A DNA stretch of 64,000 bases from Raillietiella orientalis (taxonomy: Eukaryota). Of this stretch, positions 12,501 through 26,100 are shown piece by piece; the first letter of the stretch is position 1, and each line of letters starts with the position of its first letter. The notes below the pieces were generated by a model that worked only from the letters and a program-made list of their open reading frames with translations, searched no databases and had not been told where the DNA came from. The stretch is taken from contig JAYWIR010000035.1 in NCBI GenBank assembly GCA_036172245.1, positions 620,001 to 684,000 on the forward strand. The letters run 5' to 3'. A program made the position numbers and the translations under genes.

Positions 12501-13983
12501 TCTAATGGTGCATTCAAAATCACAAAGAATTTTTCTTGGGTTTCCTATTTCGACAGCAACACCGTGCTCCAGAAGGGTTCGTTGTCAAAATCCATTTGAT
12601 TTAGCGAAGACTGAAAATAGCTGCAACACTTGGTAGATTCATGGGTAGCGTTGCGGCACTACCTGCCATTAGAAGATCCGCATCCATTACTTCTAGAATA
12701 ACAGTCCAGGACTTCGGTATGAGTGGCGCCACAAGGATACTCATACATAACGAAGTTAAGCAGATCTGAAGCATCTCGTATTCTTCTCACCAAGAGCAAG
12801 ACTTGCAGAGAATGAAAAAATTTGCTTTCCTGAATTCTATGAGAAATCCTGGTCACCCGATGGTAACTTATTTTGCCTGCATCCCAAATCTCGAGGAATT
12901 GATTTGCGAACGCATAATGAGAGACTCTGGTGGGATTTTCTCTGAGGCGGTTTTCAACTTCATTTGCTGATTCCTCATGTTAACAACACACATCTCCACC
13001 CGCAGAGATTCATTCGAACAAGATTGTATCGATGGAGGCACATGTAAAAAAAAAAAAATCCTTGTCACTGCATTGACTCTTCTATATACTTACTAAATAT
13101 TACCTAAATCTTAGTTTCTTTTCGATAAGAGCTCGGGAGATAGCTATAGCGACACCCCAGCTGATGCTTCCATAAATATCGAGAATCATAGCGTAGACAG
13201 AGGTAGTTCATGATTTACTCGTGAAACGATCTCTCTCCATAAAGGGAACAAAGTAATGACAAATACGTGTGTATACCACTAGATCATCATCACGAAGTAC
13301 TAGCAAAACGAAAGAACACATGAATGATGTAAAATGTACTGCATGCACAAAAATTTACTCTTTCAGATGAACTTTTCGTGTTGTGGTGCGTTTAAGATTA
13401 TTAGGTGTGCCATTAAAACAGGATAAATAATCATTATGGACAACTAGATCCAGTTTTCACTCTCCATCGTGAAAAGACAACTAGAAATGAAGAACATCCC
13501 TTGCTCCCTTGCTGGAGCATTTATCCACTTATGTATTTAAAAATTGATCAGAAAGGCTCACTTTGAAAAAGCTCCTCGACACAGGAAGCTGAGCGGCAAA
13601 AAAGAGATGGAAAAAATACATGCGATCCACGACTTTCACGATAAGAGTTGATAGTGAATTTCTTATCCACATGTAGGTCATAAGTCTGTTATCCTCATTA
13701 GACAATGAATCGTTTCAATTTTTCAGAAGATACGTGAAATTTTCATGTTCTACAAAATATCAGTTTCTTTATAAAAAAAAAAAAAAAAGGTGAGGGTGGG
13801 GGAGGAACGGTTGTTTATTCTATCATCTTCATAAGGAAATTCCTACCTAATGGATGGTTATTTACGACAAACAATCTTTCTGTAGGAAGGGATGTAATAC
13901 CCAGAGATAATCTATGCAAGTGATTTTGTCTCCTTTTCTTTTCCCGACGATTAAAGCACAATGAGCAAATTAAGTCGACAACC

Positions 13984-14282
13984 CATGTTTGGTACAAAAA
14001 AGCACGGTCTTTATAAAACGAATGAGCAAAATGTGAGTGCGATGAAATTTCCTTCCGAGAATTTATTGCAACCCTTTCTTACTATCGGCAAGCAGGGAGG
14101 ACTCGAATGCGAGACACTCAGTTCCAAGCACTTCCTAGGAAGATGAGTTAAAAAAGTAACCGAGGAAACCGATCCGCACACATATTTCTGCATTACGACG
14201 CCGAGAAACCCAAACAAGATCGGTACCCGTACCCCCCAAGTCAAGTAAAATGTGTTTGTGTTTGGAAAAGGCTTATCTGGAT
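13984..14282 (+). repeat. ~300 bp direct repeat, copy 2
   Basis: Near-identical to 11660-11961. Confidence 0.95.
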
Positions 14283-17166
14283 GCTTTGTAGCATTTACTT
14301 TTGATAACCACCTGATAAACCACATTAATCCTTGTCTGGCTGCTTTTACCATGAGAAGCATAAAACTCTTCCAAAACTGCAACACTCTCATTACATAATT
14401 GTACATGATTCTATATGGCTGTGTCTGTGTGTAGCACTGTCATTCAGATCTACGTAATAATGGCATCTTGTAATCTATTCCAGACTGTGATACAGTTATG
14501 AAATCATATTTATCTTGAGGCATCATTCGTGATGGAGATCTTCAGAGGCATAAACTGCCTATGATAAGCTCACCCAGATTCTGAGTGAGTTAACAGGCTA
14601 CCGATGAGCATTATTGAAAAAGACTTAGACTTGGTGGATTCTATTACATGATCAAGTTCACCGTTTAGTCTGTTTAAAAAAAAATTCTTGAAAGCTGTAC
14701 TTGTCACCTGAATATATTAAAAGTAATTGACATACAGTATACAGTATTTTTAGCATGAGAAATCTACACTATATGAAAACTATGCAAACAATTCCTGAGT
14801 TGTTAGTACAAGGACGAATGATTGATTGATTTGATTTCCACCTTTTGGGCATGAATCATCACTCTTGAAAATTCCTTATGAATAAACCCGAGCTTACATT
14901 CTGGCTGTTTCAAACTCTTGTCAATGATATTAGTAACATCATGCTGAACCAAATTTCTTACATGACAGAGTATTTATCAGTTACAGTAAAAAAGGATGTA
15001 CACAACTAAAGATATAGATGTGTAACCTGACTGCCTTTTCCAGGTTCTGAAGGTGATACAAACACAACTGGAACTCCTTTACGGATTTTTACATCTTCAC
15101 TTTAATTCCAAAACCTGTCCAAATCCCTGGTAGCAGCCTACATACCTTTTCTGTGAAGAACAAGTGCAAACTATTTCCCTTGCTTTAAAAAGCAAGAAAT
15201 ATATGATCTTTACAAAGTTATCAAATTACGCATAACAATATTCCAAATACTTGATAAAGCAAATACTTATGGTTTCATTCCTCCTTTAAGTTAATTTGTT
15301 TAGGTTCCCGCAAAAACAAAACCTATAATAAAATTGTAAATTATTTGCCTATATTTGCTCAGAAACCTCCAAAGTAAAACATAATCCAAAAGCAATGAGA
15401 TGATCAATATTTCTGTGCAGCATACGTACGCATTCCTGAAAGTTATTTCTAACTTGGCAACAAACATAATCATTAAGCAAAAAGAATAAACTGAGAATCC
15501 CTTCCGGTTAACAATCTGTAAGTATTCTACAAAATATCAACAATTCAATCATGTATGTTCCTATTCCATAGTCCAAAAAAAGGGGTCAATTAAGTCTATG
15601 CAAAAGTTTCCGCTAGAAAGAAAAAAAATAAACCACGCCAATGGATTCAGAAAAACTTGAAAACCACAAATCACTATTTCACAAATGTGTTCAAGTCACT
15701 CGACAAGAGATAACATGGAACAGACATCAGCTTTGTTTAGCATTTACCAAGCACACCGCAACACCGATATTATCACTTCTTTCACACACAGATCGACCCA
15801 TGCATTAAAGTATATACCAATAAACTCAAGGCATCTCACTATACAGCATCGTGACAAGCAGAGGTGCTCACTGCATTTTCGAATAGTTTTACATAAAAAA
15901 TGCCTTTCTGATTAGTCTTCACTATCAGAAAACGAGACACCACCAAATTAAAATTTGAACGATTTCATTTCGGTTTCTTACTCGAAGCATCCATTTCATA
16001 AATGCTACGTTTCCATACTATTTTTCAAAATGATATTAATAATTTAGAGCAAAACAAAGATTATGTCTTTTCATTGAGATTATGTCCGAAGTTGTTTAAA
16101 ACTAGCGATATTTGTTTGCTCTTTATCAGCATATTTCCATCTACGATGCTCTTCAAACATTTCTCACGTGGTGGCTAGAGGAGGTTCCTTTCTCAATATG
16201 TCACCAGTCGATAAACGGCAAACGTTATTTGAGTAAAATAATTCCAATATTTGGAATTGCTCTGTTTACATGATTAAAAATCAAAATAAGTCTGTTCTTT
16301 TTTTAGAGCAACAAGAATTCAAAGAAAAAAATATCCAGTTTCGGGAGTTATGAATATGAAAGAATGATAAAATACATAAACTATGATTAATGCTATAATG
16401 CTACATAAAAAGCAGTGAATTAATTTTTCAGGCTTCAAATTATTTACTTGAAAATGTAATGTGACGATAAAATAAATATGCATTGTTAAAGTATGTTTAT
16501 TTTATTGTCACAGTTATAATTAAAAAATACTTTAGGAGAAATTTTTTTCTGCTTTACATATTAATTAATCAAAGTGTTCAAATTCTTACAACGCATAGCA
16601 AAATAATAAGTTTCGGTTGTAATCATACGCTCCTGAAAAGTCAGTTATGGCATTTCAATATTTGGATACTATTTGTCATGAAACAAGTATAGAGGTTTTC
16701 GAAAACTTACGATAAAATTAAAACTATGCACGGAGAGAAGGTCAAAACGATTTGTTTGTTGATTTTTTTTATTTCTCCACTGTTGAGAAATTTAATGATT
16801 TTTTGTGATTACTACCCTTCGTATTGATCAAATTTTATCTTGCAACCATGCTCTATTATTTAATAGAATTTTCAGTAATTATAGTAACTTGGTCATTCTG
16901 TACTTTGGCGTCAAATTTGAATTTTAGTTTCCGTCTTAAGCACGTTTCTTTCAGAGCTCGAATCAAAGGTATGCATTCTTAACTGTTTGTATTATGAAAG
17001 TTTCCTTTTAAAGTTATGAAGTCAGCTGACAAATGGAGCTATTTTGCAAATGATGTGCTTGCTACACTAAGTTTCAAAATTATTTTATCTTTGGTGCACT
17101 TTCTCCCCTAATTTAATTTCAAAATTTATTGGACTAATTATAATTATTCAAATCATTTGTCAACAG

Positions 17167-20099
17167 ATGCCAACATTTAAAGCTTTAAAAGGAAATAAAA
17201 ATCAGAGGTATGCATTTGTCTCTTGTGTGGATGAACTTTCCCAGTCCCAAAAATTTCACCCAACTTCTGTACACAAGCTATCTTTTGAAGCTAATCAAAG
17301 TTTCCCAAAAATTCAACACAAATCAAACAATAGTGGACGTTCATCTAAGTCAAAGTACTGCAAATTTGGTAAGAAAATACCCAAGTTTTAACAAATTCTG
17401 AAAATGATTCGTTTCAGGACACAAGTTGAGCTCTTACGTGTTTTCATCGAAACATGATTCTGAAAACAATAGTTCCTTAAGCACCACAGTATCACTGTAC
17501 CATGTTAGTGGTCTTCCAAGTTTGATGATGGGACATAATCCATTTAAAGCAGTTTTTATTATCAGCACAAAAACATTCAAAGTAGATATTTGTTTTTGTT
17601 TTTTTGATATCAAATCGTTTTTGAAGATCACAGGTATAAACAACATAGCCAAGTACATATTAAAATGTGAACTCGAAAACGTTTGTGGTAAAAGTTTCTG
17701 TAGTCTGTTTGAATGTTGTAACAGACCCGCAATAAATGAACTGTTGATAGCAGCTGGCAGAAATGAAATGCCAGTCTCGGGAAAATTGGTAAGCTCATTT
17801 GATCTTTTATGAAGCCTTGTTTGTTCGTTAGTTTTATCTGAAGCAAAGTAATGGTGGTAAGTTACCTGTTACAGTTTGGATGAAACAGGAAGTTCACAAT
17901 AGCAATGTGTGTTTGGCTGTTGTAGAAACCATCATGATTACAGTTGGACAGGTAAGGTTTCATGCATTTTCTTAAGAATAAAGTACAGTATAGATTACAT
18001 TTGATAACTGTGGATCTCTAAAATCGCATAATAGTGCAGTTTGCAACTTATTTGGTTACTCAGATGAGGAGCTGAGTAGCATGCAAGTGTCAATCCTGAT
18101 TCCTTCAATTCAGACTCCATGGCTTGATTCTATGAATAACGTGGAACAGGTACCCGTTATGTTCACAAAACAGTAATATCTTCCAAATAGTTTAAAGAGA
18201 AACATACAACTGGTGTCACTAAGGCAAATGCCTGTTTCCCATTGTCTTTAAAAATTCTATCTCGAGAAGGCAACAACAAAGCACTTCTTTACAGAGCAGA
18301 AATAAAAGTTAGTTTAGTTTTTTTCTAATTTACGTTTATAAATTAATCATTTCAACATTTAGGTACTTTGGAACATCACTGGATTAATTGTTCTCGACTT
18401 TTTTAATCACACAATACAAAACTGTGATGACAATATTGCCCAGATTCTGTTTGGCTATGATGAAAGTACGAATTTGATTGGGCAGGTGAGCATAAGTAAC
18501 CAGGAACTAGACAACAATAATCCTGCATTTTGATTAGCCAATTACCGTGCTGATTCCCCAAATCTTTAATGAGAATATTCCATCTGAAATGGGTGAAAAC
18601 CGAATGCTTCATGAAGATGAGGTATGGAATGTACACTATAGCATTTTGAATTCCAGTTGACTTGTAGGATGGTAATAGAGAATACTCGAGTGACTTTGTT
18701 TCTACACAAAAGAACATTACATCTACACCAGTGACTAAAGTAGGGCATTCAGGAGAAGTGAAAGAAGAGCATTTTCTTGGTTGCACTTTTTCTCCCGTTT
18801 CCAATGCAAAATCGAAGCAGCATCCTAATACAATGCAAGAAGGCATACTACAAGGTTTTGGACTTCACAAAAATGGGCAACAACTAAGTACTTAAAGAGA
18901 TTTATCACAGTGGTGAATAAACACTTGTGAATAGGAATCGTATTTGAAACCCATAAAGTAGTCTTGCAAAATGGCCAAGTCTGTTGGTACATGTGGGTAT
19001 GGAATAGTAAAAACTTCTGGAACCAGCAAAACAATTTATCAAACAACACCATATGCTGCAGAGAGAGAGAACTAGTAGAAGGAGATTTTGAACGACTGTA
19101 CACTCCTGCACAAGAGATTGGCAGAGGGGGATTTGGCTATGTGAAGCTTGCCTATCGGAAAACAGACCATTTGCATGTATGTAAGATTGTAAAGTTTTCC
19201 TAAGATCATCCCTTTTAAGGTTGTGACAAAATTCATTCCCAAATGTCGTGTGCCACCTCAGAAATGGATGGAAAATACAGAAGGGAGAGTTTGTTTACCA
19301 CTGGAAGCTAGTATTCTGCTTTCTCTAGATCATCCAAATATTGTGAAAGTTCTGGACGTTTTCCAAAATAACAATTTTGTTCAGTTAGTAATGGAGAAGC
19401 ATGGAGACGGAGTAGACTTATTTGAATTCATAAACCAGTATCCTAGTTTAGATGAGCAGTTAGCAAGTTACATTATGAGGCAGGTGGTTAGTGCCATTGA
19501 GTACCTCCATAATCATAATATAGTGCACCGTGATATCAAAGACGAAAACATCATTATCAATTCGCAGTTTCATGTTAAACTTATTGATTTCGGCTCTGCC
19601 TCATATATCCTGTCTGGACAAATGTTTTCTTCCTTTTGTGGGACCCCTGTGTACTGTAGTCCTGAAATAATATTGGGCCACAGATATGATGGACCAGAAA
19701 GTGATGTTTGGAGTTTGGGTGTAACGATGTATGTTCTTTTATGTTCAGAAAATCCTTTTCAAACAGAAGAAGAAGTTGTTTCTGCAAATTTTTATGTGCC
19801 TGAGGAATTATCAGAATGTAAGCACCACCACAAATATAAAATTATTGGCATTTTGTAGACGCTCTCGATCTTTTATGCAAGTGTTTGGATAAGGAACCAA
19901 GAAACAGACCAAACATAACTACTGTTGCTGCACATCCCTGGATGGTGTGTCCTGTAAATGTTATGAAGTATAATTTCAACTTAATAGCAACTGGTAAAAA
20001 AATGTTAAACTGCACCCGATTCACTCTTTAAAAATAGCAGGTTCCCTCAAAAAGGACACCCTAGAACAACAATTACCATCGATTCATCGTTCTGACTAG
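17167..20099 (+). CDS. PASK: PAS domain-containing serine/threonine kinase (multi-exon)
   Basis: N-terminal exons give NPFKAVFIISTKT, GGKLPVTVWMK and NLFGYSDEEL, typical of the PASK PAS region. Kinase domain has GRGGFGYV, VVTKFI, LVMEKHGDGVDLFEFI, HRDIKDEN, DFG and FCGTxxYCSPE. Verified introns include 19177-19219, 19818-19858 and 19994-20040; stop TAG at 20097-20099. Start uncertain (alternative ATG at 17016). Confidence 0.9.
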
Positions 20100-20118
20100 C
20101 ATTTAGTACACATGGAGC

Positions 20119-23100
20119 TCAAAGATTGGTGCTCTCACTGGTCCGACTGGGCACGGCAAAAGGGATCACAGACTGTTGCATGTTGGCAGTGACGCCTGAA
20201 GATGAAGTGCAAGGAAGTTGTGGTTTAGTTAAACCTTTTTCTGACAGTGGATGCATGAGCTGGCAAGAGTACGAGCATCTGCTTCTGTATGCTCACCTGT
20301 TTTACTTATTGCAACTTGCACCAGAGATGCTTGCTGCTTATTGATGGAAAAATACTGAATCTTTTTTAGAATTGGAGCATCTTGCTCCTGTTTTGTAAGG
20401 ATATCGTCTTCCTTCTTTTCAAACGACAATCGAAGCTGTGTGGGTTTCTCTGGAATTGCAGGTTTGATTCTTTCAGTAGCTGCACACATCTGACTTGCTG
20501 TTGATAAAGACTCTAGATTTGGACTGGTATTTGAGTTTTCTTCAGGTGTCTTATTGGGAATGACTGAATTGTCAAAACTTTGTGGTTCCGTTATTTCATT
20601 TACATGATCACTATCAGCTACAGATTGTGCTTCAACTGACTGGGGAATTATTTTTGTTGCTGGAGGCGTAGGTGCTGGCTTCTTCTTTCTCAGTGTAGGT
20701 CTTGGACTACCTATTGGAGGACTACCAAGTATCAACCAATGATGACCTGCAAACATTTCCACAAACCTATTGCTTTCCACACTGGAAGTACGTTTGGGTG
20801 TGGGAGCACAATCTGAATCTGTGGAAGATCCTTCTTGCAAATTGCAGTCTAATGGACGTGTAAGCGTTACATAAAAATCACTATCTAATATCATTTTTTC
20901 AATTCAATTTGATACCACAACAACTGATATAAAGTACCTTCAGGAAAAAACAAACTGGAATGTGTTAACAGCCAGTCCACGAGAATACTGTAATAATTAG
21001 TTTCCACCATGTTAACCCTAAAAGAACAAGTAATTTCTGTTATAATTAGCATTATGTTATACCCAAGTACAGATGAGTCCTCATTTGCTTGTGGAGGCCA
21101 CAACAAAGTAGGCGAAATCACAATGGCAATATTTTGAAATGTCATCTTATTTACATCACTGTTTTTGGCCAGTTGCACAAGAAAGCGTATTAGATAAGAT
21201 AAATTGTTATAATTGCAATGTGGAAGTTGCTGCAATATTTTGTTTATCTCTACACACTTATGCACATCAGGCACTTTCGCAGCTTGAATCCAATTGTTGT
21301 ATAAAGCATGTGTAAGAAGTGGGTCGGGAAGTTCACGTAAATACAGCTTGAGCAAACTAGCCAGCACATGAGGTTCCTTGCATTCACCCAGAAACACATG
21401 TGCATCAAATGCTGCCTTCAACTTCTTTACTTTGGCTATACCTGTAAGGGTATGGAGCCAATAAATCAATGAAATCCATTATGGAAACCTACCGCCTGCA
21501 ACTCGAAATAAGCCTTCTTCATCCATCCCTTCTTCTAAAAGATAGCAAACACATACTTCCAGTGGAAGAGCGATTAAACGATCAGTTGTTCGCAAATGCT
21601 CTTCCAGACTGCAACCAAACACACGTTTATGGCACACATTTGCTAGAGTAATGATAATTTGGAAATCGTATATAAGAAGTATATATCAGGATTACCCAGA
21701 GTCTCTTCCAAAATTGGCAATAACTGATTCAGGTTAGTCAATGCACTGTTATGATACTCTTTTTGTAATACAGTCAGTTTATAAAACGCTTGAGCTAACT
21801 GTATTTCAGAAGATATTAGTTGTAACATTTCATATGCAAGAGCATCCTATTCAATGTTACTACATGCTACTAAGCCTTGACCCAGCAATTCTTACCCGGC
21901 ATGAATCTACTTTAAATTGCGCATCTTCTAATTCTTCACGAAGAGGATCCGTTCTAGAATTCACCGCATTAACTGGGATCGACACCGAATGTCTTTGAAG
22001 TCTAAAAGTAAAATAAATCAATTTTACAAACTGCAGCAAGTGCAATGATTATCTGATTATTTTCTACAAAACCTGCGCTGTTCGTCTTACAAGTTTTACG
22101 GTAACGACATAACATTCAAAAGCTGTAGCCCGATGGGGCTTCTATTAGCCACATATTTCTTTTTCTTATGATGCATCTCCTACCTGTAAAGGCTCCCTAT
22201 TCAGTGATGATGCCACAATGGTAAAGAAACCACGAAGTCATGCGTTTTTACTTTTTATTATTATTATTATTATTTAAAGCTCAGTTTACCAAACTATGGA
22301 GTTTGGAAAGGTTTTAACATTCGAAAACATTTCTCATCATCATCATCATTTCCACGAAGTGACCGCACATTACCCAACGAAATCCCGAAAAGCAAAACAA
22401 TAAGATGCATCAAAACACTGAGCAAATAAACGACAAGATACTTCCGTGTACGTTACTCATTTTGCAGGATGATGAGTAAAAGATACTTCAGCCCACCCTA
22501 CGGGCATGAACGTTACACGATCTTCGATGAGAACGGTATCTCGATCTATTTGCAAAGTTTGACAGGAAGACCACATTATGGGCGGTGGAATCCCAAAACA
22601 GGCTTAGGATCAATGAGAGTCAAAATCCTCTTCAATCAACTCTTAAAAAACAAAACACCGACATTTACAGCTGACGAAGATGAAAAGCAAATGGAGCAGC
22701 AGGGGTGGTTCCCACTGTTAGATACTCGCTCATCCTTGCTCCACATTCTAATGAGGAAGTGACAATCAAAACAATATATGAGAATCTTATAGGAGAACTA
22801 ACGAGAGGTTGTGCGATGGTTTTCTTCATGCCGTTTTCAATTTAAATTCATGAAAACTCGATGGTGGTCAACATATGACATCAAATTTTATAACATATTT
22901 CCAAACGATACAACGCAGATCCAATGAAATCGCATCATCTGGTTTACTGATGGCAAATGATTCATTCAAATAAGAACAACGAGGATACATTTTGGAATTC
23001 GGATTATGGTTAGGACAATGATGAATTTATCACTAAAGATCATATGGCTGTATGTCATCCGATTTCCATAGGCATTCGTAGCGACAAATGTCGAGTATCA

Positions 23101-26100
23101 ATGCTTCACTTAAAATCCGATACGACCTCGAGACAAACCTTTGCTAAAGTAGTTCTTATCGTAACAGACTTCCTCATGTCTTCACATACTACGAAGATAA
23201 CGATGAACCGAAACCTTAAGATATGGCTGCAGTATAGGGAAATAAGACCCACGACTGATTTCCCTCTCTCTCTCTCTCTCTCTCTTTATAGCTAGAGGGA
23301 TGAAATCTTCGAATTTGCCTTTGGCAATTCAGCATCAATATTCGTGGCAGAAATAAAATACATCCAAGAAAATCAATCAAAAAAATTAATTTTAAAAACC
23401 ATCCTTGGGATTGGCCGGTGGTTTCCGGAGCCCTTGAAGCAAAGTGAGCCTCAAGAAAAACATGAGTTATTGGAGTCTCCAAAAACCCAAGTAACTACTG
23501 CACGTTATCAATATAGTACACATGATCATTGCATGTTAGCATCTAGTTTACTGATCACAAATGATTTATTGTTACACTGATTTATCAACAAACAGATAAT
23601 ATAAAACGCATAAAACTTTCAAGAAAAAAATGAGATCAACACAGTGGATACCTGAACAGCTGTTAGGATAACAAAAAAGAAAAAAGAACTTTCAAGAGAA
23701 ATTTAAAAACAGCTTTACCTTGATTTTGCAGAATCCATATCTAACACTAGTTTTGACAACAACTTCTTCTGCTTATTAATACTAGGTATATCATTATTAA
23801 GAATCTTCAAGAGAGGTTCCAGAACATCATGCTCAACTTTGCGTTCAAATTCAAGAAGTTCGAATCCTATATTCACCTGTGTTTTTCCGCATTCTGACAA
23901 CACCGATCTTGAAAACAGTAATGAAAATTATTCCATCAAGAGCTAGAAACGATTTCGGAAAAAATTTTCAATGAAATTCGTTCCTTCATTAAGCAAGCAA
24001 GAAATCTTCTTTTATGGGGGGGGGGGGGGAGAAAGAGGAAGAAAAAAAAAAAAAAAAAAAAAAAACGAAAAGGGGCAACGAGTAGCAAAGAATGGAAATT
24101 TCGATTGCTTGCCCGACGATCAAGAAGTTGTACGTTGTAATACTCTATAAATCATATTAAATAATAAAACAATGAACTGAATAGCCAGTATTTTTAGATA
24201 TTCAAAAAAAGTCATCTGAAACATGATCGGGAAATTAAAAGAAAAAAATTTGACACTTACGCCAAGACGGAAAAATCACTAAAAATCATAGCACTTTCCT
24301 TCATGCTAGTTCCAAGCTGGAAATCGGGCATTTTCCTCTAAAATATTGGAAATAAGACTGACTGCAATATCGAGCAAGTAAAAAAAAAAAAAAATCTATA
24401 GAAAAAAAAAAACATTTATTAGGGCTCTAAAAGCAGGGAGAAATTTAAACAAAAGTTGTACTTAAATATTCGAAAAAGCGGGATTCTCAAGTTGTACTCC
24501 CAGTAACGTTTCTGGCCCTTCTGGGTGACTTGCCTTAACGTACACTGAAAACGAAAGCCTCGAAAACCTATTCAAGAATCCGACTGAAGTCTTGAAGCGA
24601 AAGCTGGAATCACTCCAAGTCTTTCTTATTTGCCATCGAATGTGAAGACCAAACAATTTTCCGACAGCAATTGGCTGGTCTTCCTTTAAACTTATTGTAC
24701 ACTAATAACCATTAGAGGTAGCGACAACTGCAAATCAGTAATTAAGGAAGTTGTTCGACCTGTCGCTTCCAGCATCCGACCCAACGTAAGGGGGGTTTCT
24801 TTGTGTTTGTCATCTTTTATTTGACAGTCTGCGTTGTATTTTACGTGGCATATCTGCCTCGGTATCAGCGTGTTCCGATACTGACTTGACCCGGACTTTT
24901 ACATTGGTTCACAAATAGTGCAGAGATGGAAAAGCGTCAGAATTCGAGTTTCGTGCTGTTCCGATTTTTTTTTTCTTTTTTTTTATCGGCAAAAAAATGG
25001 TTTCCTGCTAATAGAAAAAATATATATTCCATGCAACGAAACTCTTTTTAAGAATCCATTACCCAGTCTTAAAATGGTGAATAACGTGAAAACGAGACAG
25101 CTCAATCAGTTTTAAACTCGGATCCTGACAGCTTTCGGTCATTTCCAGATGTACAGCAAGCAGTCCCATGAAGCACACTTTTAAGCATACCCTATGGGCT
25201 TCGTTGCAAACTCCAGGAGACTGCCGTATGTATTAGCAACCCAATACTAATGGAAAACAGTACGTGTGGGGCTTGTTCAACTATCCTGAGAGAAAATTGG
25301 TCCCTATACTGATGGATGTTTTGCCAAACCACCTCCGTGCATTTTTCGAGTCCACGAAGGGATGAAGGCTAACCCAATTCCTGGCTCGCTCCCCCCCCCC
25401 CCCTCAAACTCCACCGAGAGTTTTCGAAGATCAAAGGCCATCCGAAAAAGAGTCTTATAATAACAACGTTCGGGGTACGCACTAATTAGCCAACTTCTAA
25501 GGCAAAAAGAAAATTATTCGATAATATTGCACACACAAATCATCAAAAGTAATCACATGTACCCCTACAGTAGCACGTCACTAACTGAATGTATTAAGTA
25601 ATGTACTGGGGAAGATACATAATGACTGTACTGCTACATGGTTTCGCACATGGTTTTACAGAAATCCGGGGCAATAAGATTTCTTTCACATATGGGCAAA
25701 GAGGAAGACGAAAATGAAAACTTACGAGTCTCCTATCCACAGCCTGGCCATCGGTCCCCTGTCCTTGCAAATAATTCAAAAGGCGCTTTGATATATTGGT
25801 GCATGTATGTTTTATAGCTTCAACACGCTTCTCAGCAGCAACTAATTCCTCAGGAATGGCTTCAGTTTTTTCTGCTCTAAAAGGAAAAAAATTGTGGCAA
25901 TGATAAACTGGAAACTGGAACTGGAAACTTCAGACGTTGGCCTGACGGATGACTTCGGTAATGACCGCCACAAGCATTTGGATCGAAAACTCGGGATCGA
26001 AGTGAGGCGAAGGGCGTGCTTTTAAAATCTTGATGGAAAAGTAAGGATTTACAGAGAAGAGAAACTCAAAATGGGATCAATTAAAGATCTGCAAACAGGC

